The notes beneath the pieces were generated by a model. That model was given only the letters and a program-made list of their open reading frames with translations. It searched no databases and was not told the DNA's origin. Of a stretch of 64,000 nucleotides of DNA, positions 27,577 through 36,939 are shown in pieces. How positions within the stretch are numbered: the stretch's first letter is position 1; each line of letters opens with the position of its first letter. The position numbers and the translations under genes are program-made. The stretch is from an uncultured archaeon (GTDB taxonomy: Archaea; Altiarchaeota; Altiarchaeia; JAFGQM01), in assembly GCA_964619365.1 (NCBI GenBank), contig CAZUDQ010000004.1, positions 1-64,000 of the forward strand, in the 5' to 3' direction.

Positions 27577-30489
27577 TTATTTTGAGTAAGATATGAAAAT
27601 CTGTGCTCCTTCTATTTCAGTTTTGCTCTTTAAATCCTTTGGGTCGATTTTATCAAGTTCTATTGCACTCGCGCCTGTTGCCTGTGCTATCTCAGTTTCT
27701 CTTTTCTTTATTAGTTTAAGCAGTTTCTCATCTCCGTCAAACCTAAGAACGATTTTTTCTGAAACATCAAGCCCCTCCTTTTTGCGCATGACTTGTATCT
27801 GCCTTAACAAGTCGCGGAGCATACCCTCTTGTATCGCCTCAGGACTCCTGATTTTTGATATCATGATGCGCCCGCTTGAGAACTCCTTTATCACCGGGGC
27901 GTTTGGTTCCTTGTTTGAGAATGCGACCTCATTTACATTTGCCATATTTTCAATTACTTCCCTTACCGTCTCTAGCTTCTCTTTCGTGTCAACTGTAAGT
28001 GCATCAAGCGGCCAGCGCAGTTTGATTCCAGCTTCATCGCGCGCGGCATTACTTGCCTCGACGATTTCTTTTGCAAATTGCATCTCGCGCTCAAGTGAAG
28101 CATCAATCTCAAAGTTGATTTCCGGCCAGCCTGATAAGAAAACAGAGTCGCCCCCCTCTAAGTCGCGGTGTATGTATTCAGCAATAAACGGCGCAAAAGG
28201 TGCAATCATGCGCGCAGTCTTTGCTATAGCATACCACAATGTCGCAATTGCTGCGTCTTTGTCTTCTCCAGTGGCTGAGACCCAGGTCCTGTCCCTTATT
28301 ATCTTGATATACCAGCGGGACAAGTCGTTTAATATGAAGTCTTCAATAGCTTTTGAGGCGCCGAATGGAAGGCAGGCATCAAACCCATCTTTTACCAATT
28401 TCTCAACAGAAGCCAGTCTTGATAAAATCCACTTGTCCTCTGGTTTAAGGAAGTCCCGTAATCCTTCTATATCGACTACGCCCGCTTCAGAATAAGTCTT
28501 TGCAAATTGGTAGCAGTTCCAAAGGGTGTTCATAAGCCGGAAAGTTATCTTGACATCGTCTGCGTTGAATTTTAATTTTTCCCAAACTTCTGATTCTGAA
28601 ACAAGGTAGAATCTTGTGATATCCGCGCCATACTTTTCCATGACCTCGTAAGGCGAAGTGACGTTGTTTAAGGACTTACTCATCTTGTCCCCTTTCTTAT
28701 CAAGCACCCATTCGTTCATGAGGATTGTCTTAAACGGAGTTTTCCCAAACATGATTATGCCTTCAAGCATAAGGGTGTAAAACCATCCCCTAGTTTGGTC
28801 AAGACCTTCTGTTATAAAGTCCATTGGGAAGAACTTGGTAAAAGGTTCTTTTTCCTTAGGATAATTCATCCCGGCCCAAGTTGCAGCACCAGATTCAAAC
28901 CAGATATCTGTTATATCAGGTACCCGAGTCATTTCTTTTTGGCAATCAGGACAGCTAAGTTTTATCTTATTGGTATAAGGAACATGTAAATCTGGCTCAC
29001 CCTCAGGCATCTCTATTGCCTTTTCCTTTAACTCTTCAAAGGAACCGATTACTTCACGCGCGCCGCAGGAACATTCCCAAATTGGGAGAGGTATCCCCCA
29101 AAACCTCTGGCGGGATATGCACCAGTCGCGTGCTTCTTTTATCCAATTGGAAAAGCGCTTTTCACCTGCCCAGTCCGGATTCCATGTAACTTTCTTGTTC
29201 TCAGAAATCATCAAATCTTTGACTTTTCCGACATTGATGAACCACTGGGGCGAGGCTCGTGTAATAATTGGGGTCTTGCAGCGCCAGCAATGCGCGCAGC
29301 GGTGCGTTATCTTTTGCTTTCCGGCAATGGCACCGCGATTTTCTAATTCTTCGATTACAATAGGATTTGCTTTCTTGACATAAACGCCCTCAAGCTTCCC
29401 GCCTTCCTTTGTGTAACATCCGTTCTCTCCAACTGGCGAAAATGGCGGAAGACCGTATTTCATACCAACAGAATAATCGTCAAGCCCGTGGCCGGGTGCC
29501 GTGTGTACACAACCCGTCCCGTCTTCAAGAGTTACAAAATCCCCCAGAAGGATACTGTGTGTGGCAGGAGCCTCTTTTTCAATCTCCTTATTTTCAGGAA
29601 TCCAGTCAGGAAGTATAAACTCGTATCCTACCCCCTCAAGCTCTTTTCCTTGCTTTATACTGTCTTCAAGAATCTCATAATCCCCATCTTCTATCTCACA
29701 AGCTTCCATTACCTGCGGGACTAACTCCTTTGCCATAAGCCACTTTTCATCGCGCGGAACTGAGACCAGACAATATTCATATTTTGGATTAAGTGTAACA
29801 CCAAGGTTTGAAGGAAGCGTCCAAGGTGTTGTTGTCCAGATTAGGACAAATTCACCAGGCCTCTCCTTAAGCGGGAACTTGACATAAACAGAGTCATCAG
29901 TCACGTCACGGTATTCGTCTGTTGCCTCGTAGCCGGCAAGCGCCGTCTGGCAGCGCGGACACCAGGCTGTTGATGCCTTGCCCTTGTAAAGAAGACCATC
30001 CTCCTCACATTTCTTGAAAAACGCCCAGGACGAACTTATATAACTGTTATCAAGAGTCTTATAAGGATGCTCAAAATCCCAGTGCATGCCAAAACGTTTG
30101 TAGAACTCAGTAAATACGTCAACTGTTTCAAGTGCGCGGGTACGGCAGATGTCAATAAATTTTTCTGCGCCATAATCCCAGATATCTTCTTTTCGCTTAA
30201 GACCAAGCTCCTCTTCTACCTTGATTTCAATTGGAAGTCCATGGCAGTCATAACCCGGCTGAAGATTTACGTCTTTTCCTAGCATCACCTGATACTTTAA
30301 AATCGGGTCGCGAATAGCGCGCGTCCTTGCGTGGCCCATATGGGGGTTCCCATTCATATATGGAGGTCCGTCTAAGAAGAAGAACTTCTCACCTGCTTCA
30401 TTTGCTTTTTTTATCTTCTCAAAAAGCCCTAATTTATCCCAGTACTCCGAAATCTCCTTTTCGATTTCAAGGGGTCTAAACGGTTCCAC
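27577..30489 (-). CDS. ileS: Isoleucine--tRNA ligase
   Basis: DGPPY.NG.PHMGH, WTTTPWTLP, GTG.VH.APGHG, DWCISRQR.WG, EGLDQTRGWF, KMSKS; GTG start. Confidence 0.97.
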   Translation of the reverse strand: MEPFRPLEIEKEISEYWDKLGLFEKIKKANEAGEKFFFLDGPPYMNGNPHMGHARTRAIRDPILKYQVMLGKDVNLQPGYDCHGLPIEIKVEEELGLKRKEDIWDYGAEKFIDICRTRALETVDVFTEFYKRFGMHWDFEHPYKTLDNSYISSSWAFFKKCEEDGLLYKGKASTAWCPRCQTALAGYEATDEYRDVTDDSVYVKFPLKERPGEFVLIWTTTPWTLPSNLGVTLNPKYEYCLVSVPRDEKWLMAKELVPQVMEACEIEDGDYEILEDSIKQGKELEGVGYEFILPDWIPENKEIEKEAPATHSILLGDFVTLEDGTGCVHTAPGHGLDDYSVGMKYGLPPFSPVGENGCYTKEGGKLEGVYVKKANPIVIEELENRGAIAGKQKITHRCAHCWRCKTPIITRASPQWFINVGKVKDLMISENKKVTWNPDWAGEKRFSNWIKEARDWCISRQRFWGIPLPIWECSCGAREVIGSFEELKEKAIEMPEGEPDLHVPYTNKIKLSCPDCQKEMTRVPDITDIWFESGAATWAGMNYPKEKEPFTKFFPMDFITEGLDQTRGWFYTLMLEGIIMFGKTPFKTILMNEWVLDKKGDKMSKSLNNVTSPYEVMEKYGADITRFYLVSESEVWEKLKFNADDVKITFRLMNTLWNCYQFAKTYSEAGVVDIEGLRDFLKPEDKWILSRLASVEKLVKDGFDACLPFGASKAIEDFILNDLSRWYIKIIRDRTWVSATGEDKDAAIATLWYAIAKTARMIAPFAPFIAEYIHRDLEGGDSVFLSGWPEINFEIDASLEREMQFAKEIVEASNAARDEAGIKLRWPLDALTVDTKEKLETVREVIENMANVNEVAFSNKEPNAPVIKEFSSGRIMISKIRSPEAIQEGMLRDLLRQIQVMRKKEGLDVSEKIVLRFDGDEKLLKLIKKRETEIAQATGASAIELDKIDPKDLKSKTEIEGAQIFISYSK

Positions 30490-30620
30490 GATTCGTTCCT
30501 TAGATATTCTTTAGATAATAGAGAATCTTAAGGGTTATTTTTGGCGATTATTGGATAAAAGTTAAAATAGCAAGGTAGGGGTGCTCTTATCTAGTGCAAT
30601 AGCTACCCCCTTTTAAAAAT

Positions 30621-30808
30621 AAGATGGGCCTAATGGGATGTTAAGGTGGATGCAACGCTATGGCATATGACCTTAACAGAGATTAGGACCATCGGGCATA
30701 AGCTAAGAAAAAAGAAGATGAGCCTAATGGGACCTTGAGGTGGATGCATTGCCAATACCCATGACCTTAACAGATATTAGGGCCATTGCTACTAAGGGTG
30801 TAAAAAAT
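30621..30808 (-). repeat. Two 94-nt tandem hairpin units, each carrying a copy of the tRNA-Ile 3' end and trailer
   Basis: aagatg[g/a]gcctaatggga at 30621, 30715 and 30809 (the last is the tRNA 3' end); the two units align without gaps, 69/94 identical. Confidence 0.9.
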
Positions 30809-30812
30809 AAGA

Positions 30813-30957
30813 TGGGCCTAATGGGATTTGAACCCATGACATCTGGCTAGCTCAGAGCTTTCGACTCCATTCTTGGGAATCTCAAAACAGACGCGTGGAT
30901 TTACCACACGCATGCTCGTATAAGACCAGCGCTCTAACCAAGCTGAGCTATAGGCCC
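30813..30957 (-). tRNA. tRNA-Ile(TAT) with 70-nt intron at 37/38 (intron 30849-30918)
   Basis: GGGCCTA/TAGGCCC acceptor, GCTC/GAGC D stem, CTGGT-CTTATA|A-GCCAG, ATGGG-TTCAAAT-CCCAT; bulge-helix-bulge CTTA/TGAG flanked by GAGC/GCTC. Confidence 0.92.
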
Positions 30958-30977
30958 ACAAAAATGCCTAATATCAA

Positions 30978-31110
30978 AAAGTAAGATTTTCTTATTTTCC
31001 AACGTTTGCTTATCTTGGGTTGCATAGCAACCCGACCATACTCCTCCGGTATCTCGGAGAAAGTAAGATTTTCTTACTTTTTGTTTTGCTCATCCCTCGG
31101 ATATCCGAGG
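30978..31110. repeat. Duplicated 21-bp palindrome (AAAGTAAGA-TTT-TCTTA[C/T]TTT) plus three GC-rich hairpins
   Basis: Copies at 30978-30998 and 31060-31080; hairpins 31017-31033 and 31044-31059; perfect palindrome 31095-31110. Confidence 0.75.
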
Positions 31111-31283
31111 CTTCTTATTTTGAGCCAAACTATTAAAAAACAAAACAAAATACCAACAAAGTACAAAAAACTCTCCAGGGCAGCTAAAAGTTACAGCTTT
31201 AGGCGACTCGTTTCACTCTTTCTTATAGGCTGTTTCATCACAAAGAATATAGAATCAGTTAAAAGAATTCAAATTTTAAGCAA

Positions 31284-32960
31284 ATGAACACAAACAAATC
31301 TAAAGCGACACTTGCGGTTTTTTTGTTGTCGGCCTTTTTAGTCGCATCACAATCCGCAATTGGATCAACAAGCGGAGCGCAGACGCCAACGAGTCTGATT
31401 ATCGACTTTTCGATAACTCCTTCAGACACAGAACTTGAACCAGGTGAAAGCAACATAATAAATGTTGCAATAAAAAACACAGGTGGTCAGCCCGCCGAAG
31501 CTGTAAAGCTTACTGTAAGCGGTACTGGGAGTGTGATTGCAGGAGGGGGCTATTATATCGGAGACATTCCTGCGGGAGACACAAAGACAGTCCCAATAAC
31601 CGTCCGCGCATCAACTTCACCCCAAACAAGATTAAGCAGAGTCAATGTAATGATATACTACACAGGCTTTGATTCAAATGGAAATTCTGACAGGACTTAT
31701 GACAACTGGCAGATACCTGTTTTTGTAGATATCCCCTCCATGTTCTCAGTCGAGACAAGTACAAACACGCTTTTTGAAGGGGCACCAATCCCAGTAACAT
31801 TTTCATTATCCCCTTCAGATAACGCATTTAGTGTTTATGCAGAATTCGAATCGGATTGTGCAACGGTAATTGGTTCATCAAAAGTGTTTTTAGGCGATAT
31901 TGTGGCCTTAACAAACGCCAATGACGAGCTTATCCCAGCTAAAGACGTCACCTTTGCATTGAGTCCAACAGGTTCAGATTCTTGTACTGGCAACTTAAAG
32001 CTTGACTACATAACAAAAGCAGGGTCAAACGCCAATGACGAGATTCCAATAGGCTTTAGTATCGGGGACTCTCCAGTCGATTTTAAGATTACGGGTGTCA
32101 ACTACTCGACAATCGTTCCTGGCGGAACAACAGACCTTGAAATAACCCTCAAAAACGGGGGGAGTTTTACTGCAGAGGACACTACAATCTCCTTTGAATT
32201 AAAAGACCCGTTTGTCCCTATAGAAAGCTCTGAAGTCTATATTGGGGACGTCGCACCTGATGAAACTGTCACAGCAGACTTTAAGATGGGTGTAACTTGG
32301 GACGCAGAAACAACCATATACTCAATGACCTTTAACATCTGTTACAAGCTTACAGGCACTGAGGTCTGTCAGGAAAAAATGATAGGTGTTGACGTGGTGG
32401 GTGACATAATCCTTGAGATTATCGGCACAAGTTCCACGTCATCAGGACTTAGTGTTGAAGTTGCAAATCTTGGGACAAGAAGTGCAGATGCCATCGTTGC
32501 AACATATTACTCTGGAAATCAGGGAGCGACAACAGGAGAGTTCCCAACGACACAAAGGTCTGATTTTTCAGGAAAACAGAACTCAAACACTACAAGACCC
32601 AGTTCCGCACCCGAATCTGATATGCCCAGTGGAAATGGTATTGTGGACTACAAGTCAGACATAAAGGCGGGAAATCAAGGAACCTTTACGTTTACTGGCG
32701 CATCATCAACCGAAGGTGGAACGGTAGTTTTTGAGTATACTGGAGCAGGAAACCAAAGAATCACCCAAGTCGAGACCTTACCTTCCTCAAGTGGCGGCTC
32801 TTCAGCCACGACAGGTGACATGAATGCAAAACGCTCTTCTAGTGGCGGATTTGGACTTGTAGAAATAGCTATAATAATAGTTGTCGTAATAACCCTCTAC
32901 TATGCGTACAGGAAAAAATATTTCGATAGGTTCTTAAAGAGGGAAAAAGGTTCTGAGTAA
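31284..32960 (+). CDS. COG1361-type S-layer domain surface protein
   Basis: Signal peptide, repeated PG...I..KN.G...A Ig-like modules (YIGDI..G..KTV), C-terminal TM anchor; precedes an ABC permease/ATPase. Confidence 0.8.
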   Translation: MNTNKSKATLAVFLLSAFLVASQSAIGSTSGAQTPTSLIIDFSITPSDTELEPGESNIINVAIKNTGGQPAEAVKLTVSGTGSVIAGGGYYIGDIPAGDTKTVPITVRASTSPQTRLSRVNVMIYYTGFDSNGNSDRTYDNWQIPVFVDIPSMFSVETSTNTLFEGAPIPVTFSLSPSDNAFSVYAEFESDCATVIGSSKVFLGDIVALTNANDELIPAKDVTFALSPTGSDSCTGNLKLDYITKAGSNANDEIPIGFSIGDSPVDFKITGVNYSTIVPGGTTDLEITLKNGGSFTAEDTTISFELKDPFVPIESSEVYIGDVAPDETVTADFKMGVTWDAETTIYSMTFNICYKLTGTEVCQEKMIGVDVVGDIILEIIGTSSTSSGLSVEVANLGTRSADAIVATYYSGNQGATTGEFPTTQRSDFSGKQNSNTTRPSSAPESDMPSGNGIVDYKSDIKAGNQGTFTFTGASSTEGGTVVFEYTGAGNQRITQVETLPSSSGGSSATTGDMNAKRSSSGGFGLVEIAIIIVVVITLYYAYRKKYFDRFLKREKGSE

Positions 32961-32991
32961 TTAGTCGGGCCTTTTCCAAAAAATAACTGCC

Positions 32992-34227
32992 ATGTCAACA
33001 ACGCTAAACATCGCCGTCAGAAATATAACGCGCCATAAGGCAAGAAGTGCACTTACAATATTTGGAATACTTGTGGGTATCGGTCTTGTTATGGTACTTG
33101 GTGGCATAACTGAAGGGCTTAATCAGCAACTTCAGGACCAGTTCCAAAACATGGCTGCGACAATTACAGTTTCAGACTCAGGTGGTGACGGTATTGATGA
33201 CGATGTGGTTGAGGAGATTCGTGGCATACCTGGTGTCGAGAGTGTTGTTGAAACAGGGACTTATAATATAGAGCGAAATGTTCGGGGCAATGAGATGGGC
33301 TTTGGCACCAAAAGCGGAGGCATAATGATGGATGCCGGACGCATGCCTGGCGAAGGCTCCTTTGGTGTTTCAATAACTTTTACAGCAATACCAACAGAAG
33401 AGTTCTCAAGTATTGTAAGTGACGAGATAGGAGTACTAAGCGGTCGCAAATTAGAAGGGTCTGACGAAGGTACAAATTATGTGGTTTTGGGTTATAGCTT
33501 AGCAGAGGCCCAGGGATTAAATGTTGGCGATGAAATTGAGTACATCCGCGAGATTAAAAAATCCCAGATTGATGAAGATGAAACAAGAGAGGAAACTCAT
33601 TATTTTGAAGTAGTAGGCATTCTTGAAGAAGCGGATTCAGATGATATTGATAAGGCAGCATACGTTCCCCTTGACACCATGCAAAATATTGAGGAGGATG
33701 ACAAAATATCAAAGCTAGTAGTAACAGTAACTGATGTGGATGTGGTTGAGGAGATATCTGAAGAAATTGAGAACAGGGTTGATGATGTTTCTGTGCGCTC
33801 TGCAATAACAATGGTTCGCCAACTCGAATCGATGCTTGGCGGTGTTCAATTAGCACTTCTTGGAATTGGCGCAGTTGCAGTCTTTGTCGGCGGCCTTGGA
33901 ATAATAAACACTATGCTTACTTCAGTCATGGAAAGAAGGCGAGATATGGGTGTTATGAAAGCGGTTGGCGCAACTGAAAAGATGATTCTTTCCCAAGTGA
34001 TAACTGAAGCCGTCATAATGAGTCTTATCGGAGGTATTGGCGGAATATTAATAGGGTACATTGCAGAGCGGACAATGCCCGGGATTATAGGTATGGATGT
34101 TGTTATGTCACCCTTCTTGGTAATACTGGGACTTGGGTTTGCAGTACTCTTAGGTGTTTTCTCTGGAATTTATCCTGCCCATCAAGCATCAAAATTAGAT
34201 CCAGTGGAGGTGTTGGCATATGAATAA
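32992..34227 (+). CDS. ABC transporter permease (MacB/FtsX family)
   Basis: RSALTIFGI.VG, VGGLGIINTMLTSVMERRRDMGVMKAVGA, GIYPA..AS.LDPVE.L. Confidence 0.93.
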   Translation: MSTTLNIAVRNITRHKARSALTIFGILVGIGLVMVLGGITEGLNQQLQDQFQNMAATITVSDSGGDGIDDDVVEEIRGIPGVESVVETGTYNIERNVRGNEMGFGTKSGGIMMDAGRMPGEGSFGVSITFTAIPTEEFSSIVSDEIGVLSGRKLEGSDEGTNYVVLGYSLAEAQGLNVGDEIEYIREIKKSQIDEDETREETHYFEVVGILEEADSDDIDKAAYVPLDTMQNIEEDDKISKLVVTVTDVDVVEEISEEIENRVDDVSVRSAITMVRQLESMLGGVQLALLGIGAVAVFVGGLGIINTMLTSVMERRRDMGVMKAVGATEKMILSQVITEAVIMSLIGGIGGILIGYIAERTMPGIIGMDVVMSPFLVILGLGFAVLLGVFSGIYPAHQASKLDPVEVLAYE

Positions 34228-35008
34228 AAGTCGCGAGAGGGAACTGGCAGAAGAAGATCAGATTTCGATAAAATGCGAAGACCTTGTTAAGGTGTACAAT
34301 AAAGGCAAACCAAATGAATGCAAGGCACTTGATGGAGTCTCTTTTGAAGTCAAAGAAGGCGAGTTTGTAGCAATTGTTGGCCACTCTGGGTCTGGAAAGT
34401 CAACGCTTCTCCATCAGATAAGTTGTCTTGATACTCCAACAAGTGGAATTGTTAAGATTGGAGGGAAATTAACAAAAGGTCTTAGCGGCGATGGAAAGGC
34501 GCAGCTTAGACGGGACAAACTGGGTTTTGTCTTCCAGCAATTTAATTTAATTAAAAGTCTCTCGGCACTTGAAAACATCACACTTCCTATGGAATTTGCT
34601 GGAAAAAGCAAGAAAGTGTCTGAAAAGCGTGGCCGTGAACTATTCGCTCTTGTCGGACTTACTGGCAAAGAAGAAAACCTGCCGACTCAACTTTCAGGAG
34701 GCCAGCAGCAAAGGGTGGCAATAGCGCGCGCCCTTGCAAACAACCCGCAGATAATAATGGCAGATGAACCCACTGGAAATCTTGATTCGGTCACAGAAAA
34801 AGAGATATTAAGAATACTAATAGAACTTAATAGAAAAGAGAAAAAGACCCTAATCATTGTCACGCATGAACCGTCTCTGGCTGAAACGGCCGATAGAGTA
34901 ATAAAGTTAAAAGACGGCCATGTTGAATTCGATCGCAAAGGAAAAGGTAATGCAGAAAAGCTTCTTGGTGTCGGTTCTTTAAAGAGAATAACCTTGCATG
35001 AGGATTAA
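34220..35008 (+). CDS. ABC transporter ATP-binding protein (LolD/MacB-type)
   Basis: GHSGSGKST, LSGGQQQRVAIARAL, ADEPTGNLD, VTHE. Confidence 0.95.
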   Translation: MNKSRERELAEEDQISIKCEDLVKVYNKGKPNECKALDGVSFEVKEGEFVAIVGHSGSGKSTLLHQISCLDTPTSGIVKIGGKLTKGLSGDGKAQLRRDKLGFVFQQFNLIKSLSALENITLPMEFAGKSKKVSEKRGRELFALVGLTGKEENLPTQLSGGQQQRVAIARALANNPQIIMADEPTGNLDSVTEKEILRILIELNRKEKKTLIIVTHEPSLAETADRVIKLKDGHVEFDRKGKGNAEKLLGVGSLKRITLHED

Positions 35009-35568
35009 ATCTCAATCAGATTCGCAGACTCTTCTTCGACCTCAAGAAATATGGCCTCAGAATTCTTGTGGCCCCCAGTGTTTAATTTTTCTCTATAATC
35101 TTCATCCAAAAGATGCGAAAGCATTACTAGAAGAGCGCCGTTGTGACTTACAACAATTATTGTATCCTCACTATGCTCTTTTTTGATATCTGTTATGAAC
35201 TCTTTGACTCGCATTAAAACTTCGTCCCAAGTTTCCCCACCCGGAGCTCCCCAATCAGATCTCATAAGACTTTCTGGAAAACAATCAGAGCGTTTCTTTC
35301 CTGTATGAATCCCCAAATCCCTTTCTCTTAGTCTTTTGTCTGTCTTAAAAATCGTCTTTGGATGTTTGGATAGGATTTCTTCAGCCGTTTCTTTGGCTCG
35401 CCTAAGGTCGCTTGAATAAATGTAATCTGCGTTTTGGTTCTTTAACTCTTCTGAAAGTTCTTTGTTGCGCAACTTCCCTTCTTGACTTAAAGTTCCTTGC
35501 AAATGGCCCTGTAAAATGTCATTGATATTCTCTTCAGTCTTACCGTGTCTAACAAGAATTAGCCTCAT
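35005..35568 (-). CDS. Histidine phosphatase family protein
   Basis: LVRHGKT, SSDLRRA.ETA, LRER, VSHNG; start ATG 35568. Confidence 0.92.
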   Translation of the reverse strand: MRLILVRHGKTEENINDILQGHLQGTLSQEGKLRNKELSEELKNQNADYIYSSDLRRAKETAEEILSKHPKTIFKTDKRLRERDLGIHTGKKRSDCFPESLMRSDWGAPGGETWDEVLMRVKEFITDIKKEHSEDTIIVVSHNGALLVMLSHLLDEDYREKLNTGGHKNSEAIFLEVEEESANLIEI

Positions 35569-35572
35569 GCTC

Positions 35573-36847
35573 TTAAATCTTTTCCCACTTACCCAGTTCA
35601 AGGATTTGCCCAAGACTCTTGCCACCCTCAATTTCAGCCTTTACACGTTCCTCTTTTTCCTTTACATAAAGCGCTCTTTTTGAGATTTCAAGAGCACGCT
35701 TCTTTGGGATTATGACAACGCCGTTTTTATCGGCAAGTATGTAGTCGCCCGGACACACTTCCTGCCCCCCGCATCTTATTGGAATATTAAGTTCTCCCAT
35801 TCCTTTTGGCTCGCCGGCAGCAGGGCTTATGCAGCGCGCATAAACTGAGAACCCCATGTTTTTTATTTCATCAATATCGCGCACGCCTCCGTCGATTACA
35901 AGTCCTGCAATCTTCTTTTTAACGGCACTTAGCGTCGCAAGTTCGCCCCAGAGGGCAACCTGGCTTTCATGTGCGTCAATAACTATGACATCGCCTTCTT
36001 CAGCACGGTCTATTGACTGGACTGTTTTTGACCAGTCGCCGGGATACGCGCGCACTGTAAATGCCTTGCCAAAGAATTTATTGTTAAACGAAACTGGTCG
36101 CAGTCCATGCATTTCACCTCGTCTGTGCATGGCATCACTAACATGACATGTGCTGACCATTCCAAGAAGCTCTTCAACGCTTTGAGTCGCAATCTCGCCT
36201 TTTGTTTTGTGGGTCATGCGTGCATCGGCTATTGCTTTTTTGTATTCAGCAGCCTTTTCCTTTGCGTTAGCGGCTTTTGTTATGCCCCCGCCAACAACAA
36301 TGACTTCAGCACCTGAAAGTATTGCATTTTTTGCACCCTCAACACTAAGTCCACCCCCAACGGCAATCGGAACGCTAGTAGTTCCTGATATTGCCTTTAA
36401 ATCGCTAAATACGTTTTTTCCAATCATCTGCTGGTCGATTCCAGTGTGGACCATTACATAATCTGCTCCAAGCTCAACTGCGCGTCCTGCGGCCTCTTCA
36501 AGGCGCTTGACATTAAGCAAGTCAACGACAACTTCGCAGCCAAAGTTCTTTGCAGCTTCAACTGCCTGAATAAGTGTTTGTTCATCGGCCGTACCCATCA
36601 CAGTTACGATATCAGCCCCGGCTTTTGCAGCCATCTCGGTTTCAATGTCGCCGGTATCGGCAATCTTTAAGTCAGCAACAATCTTATGTTTGGGAAATGC
36701 TCGCCTAAGCTCGCGCACAACATCCATGCCACAGGCTTTTATCAGAGGAGTTCCTGCCTCAATCCAGTCTACAGAGTCCTTTACTTCTTCAGCCACCTTA
36801 AGCGCGCGGTCAAGGTCCACAAAGTCAAGAGCTACTTGGAGAGTCAT
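35573..36847 (-). CDS. hxlA: 3-hexulose-6-phosphate synthase fused to an RraA/MenG-like domain
   Basis: LQVALD, EAGTPLIK, ADLKIADTG, HTGIDQQ; C-terminal VSDAM, WGELA, DGGVRD, PGDYILAD..GV; start ATG 36847. Confidence 0.88.
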   Translation of the reverse strand: MTLQVALDFVDLDRALKVAEEVKDSVDWIEAGTPLIKACGMDVVRELRRAFPKHKIVADLKIADTGDIETEMAAKAGADIVTVMGTADEQTLIQAVEAAKNFGCEVVVDLLNVKRLEEAAGRAVELGADYVMVHTGIDQQMIGKNVFSDLKAISGTTSVPIAVGGGLSVEGAKNAILSGAEVIVVGGGITKAANAKEKAAEYKKAIADARMTHKTKGEIATQSVEELLGMVSTCHVSDAMHRRGEMHGLRPVSFNNKFFGKAFTVRAYPGDWSKTVQSIDRAEEGDVIVIDAHESQVALWGELATLSAVKKKIAGLVIDGGVRDIDEIKNMGFSVYARCISPAAGEPKGMGELNIPIRCGGQEVCPGDYILADKNGVVIIPKKRALEISKRALYVKEKEERVKAEIEGGKSLGQILELGKWEKI

Positions 36848-36939
36848 TTGAATTCCTTTTTCTGTGTTTGGGCGAATTGAAACTATAAGCTTAAAAAAGC
36901 ATAGCATTTAAATCTGTAAATCTTATATCTAAGTAGATT

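Noticed and set aside
27593-28495. 300-aa plus-strand ORF and the many similar antisense ORFs
   Set aside because: These are shadow frames of well-supported genes (here ileS), Ser/Phe-rich with no motifs.
30621-30826. 94-nt repeats as a CRISPR array or as split-tRNA halves
   Set aside because: The units are similar along most of their length, derive from the tRNA end, and have no cas genes nearby. They lack an intact TTC loop and a leader complementary to a 5' half.
31006-31287. 93-aa ORF with TTG start
   Set aside because: It runs across palindromes and a promoter-like region and has no protein features.
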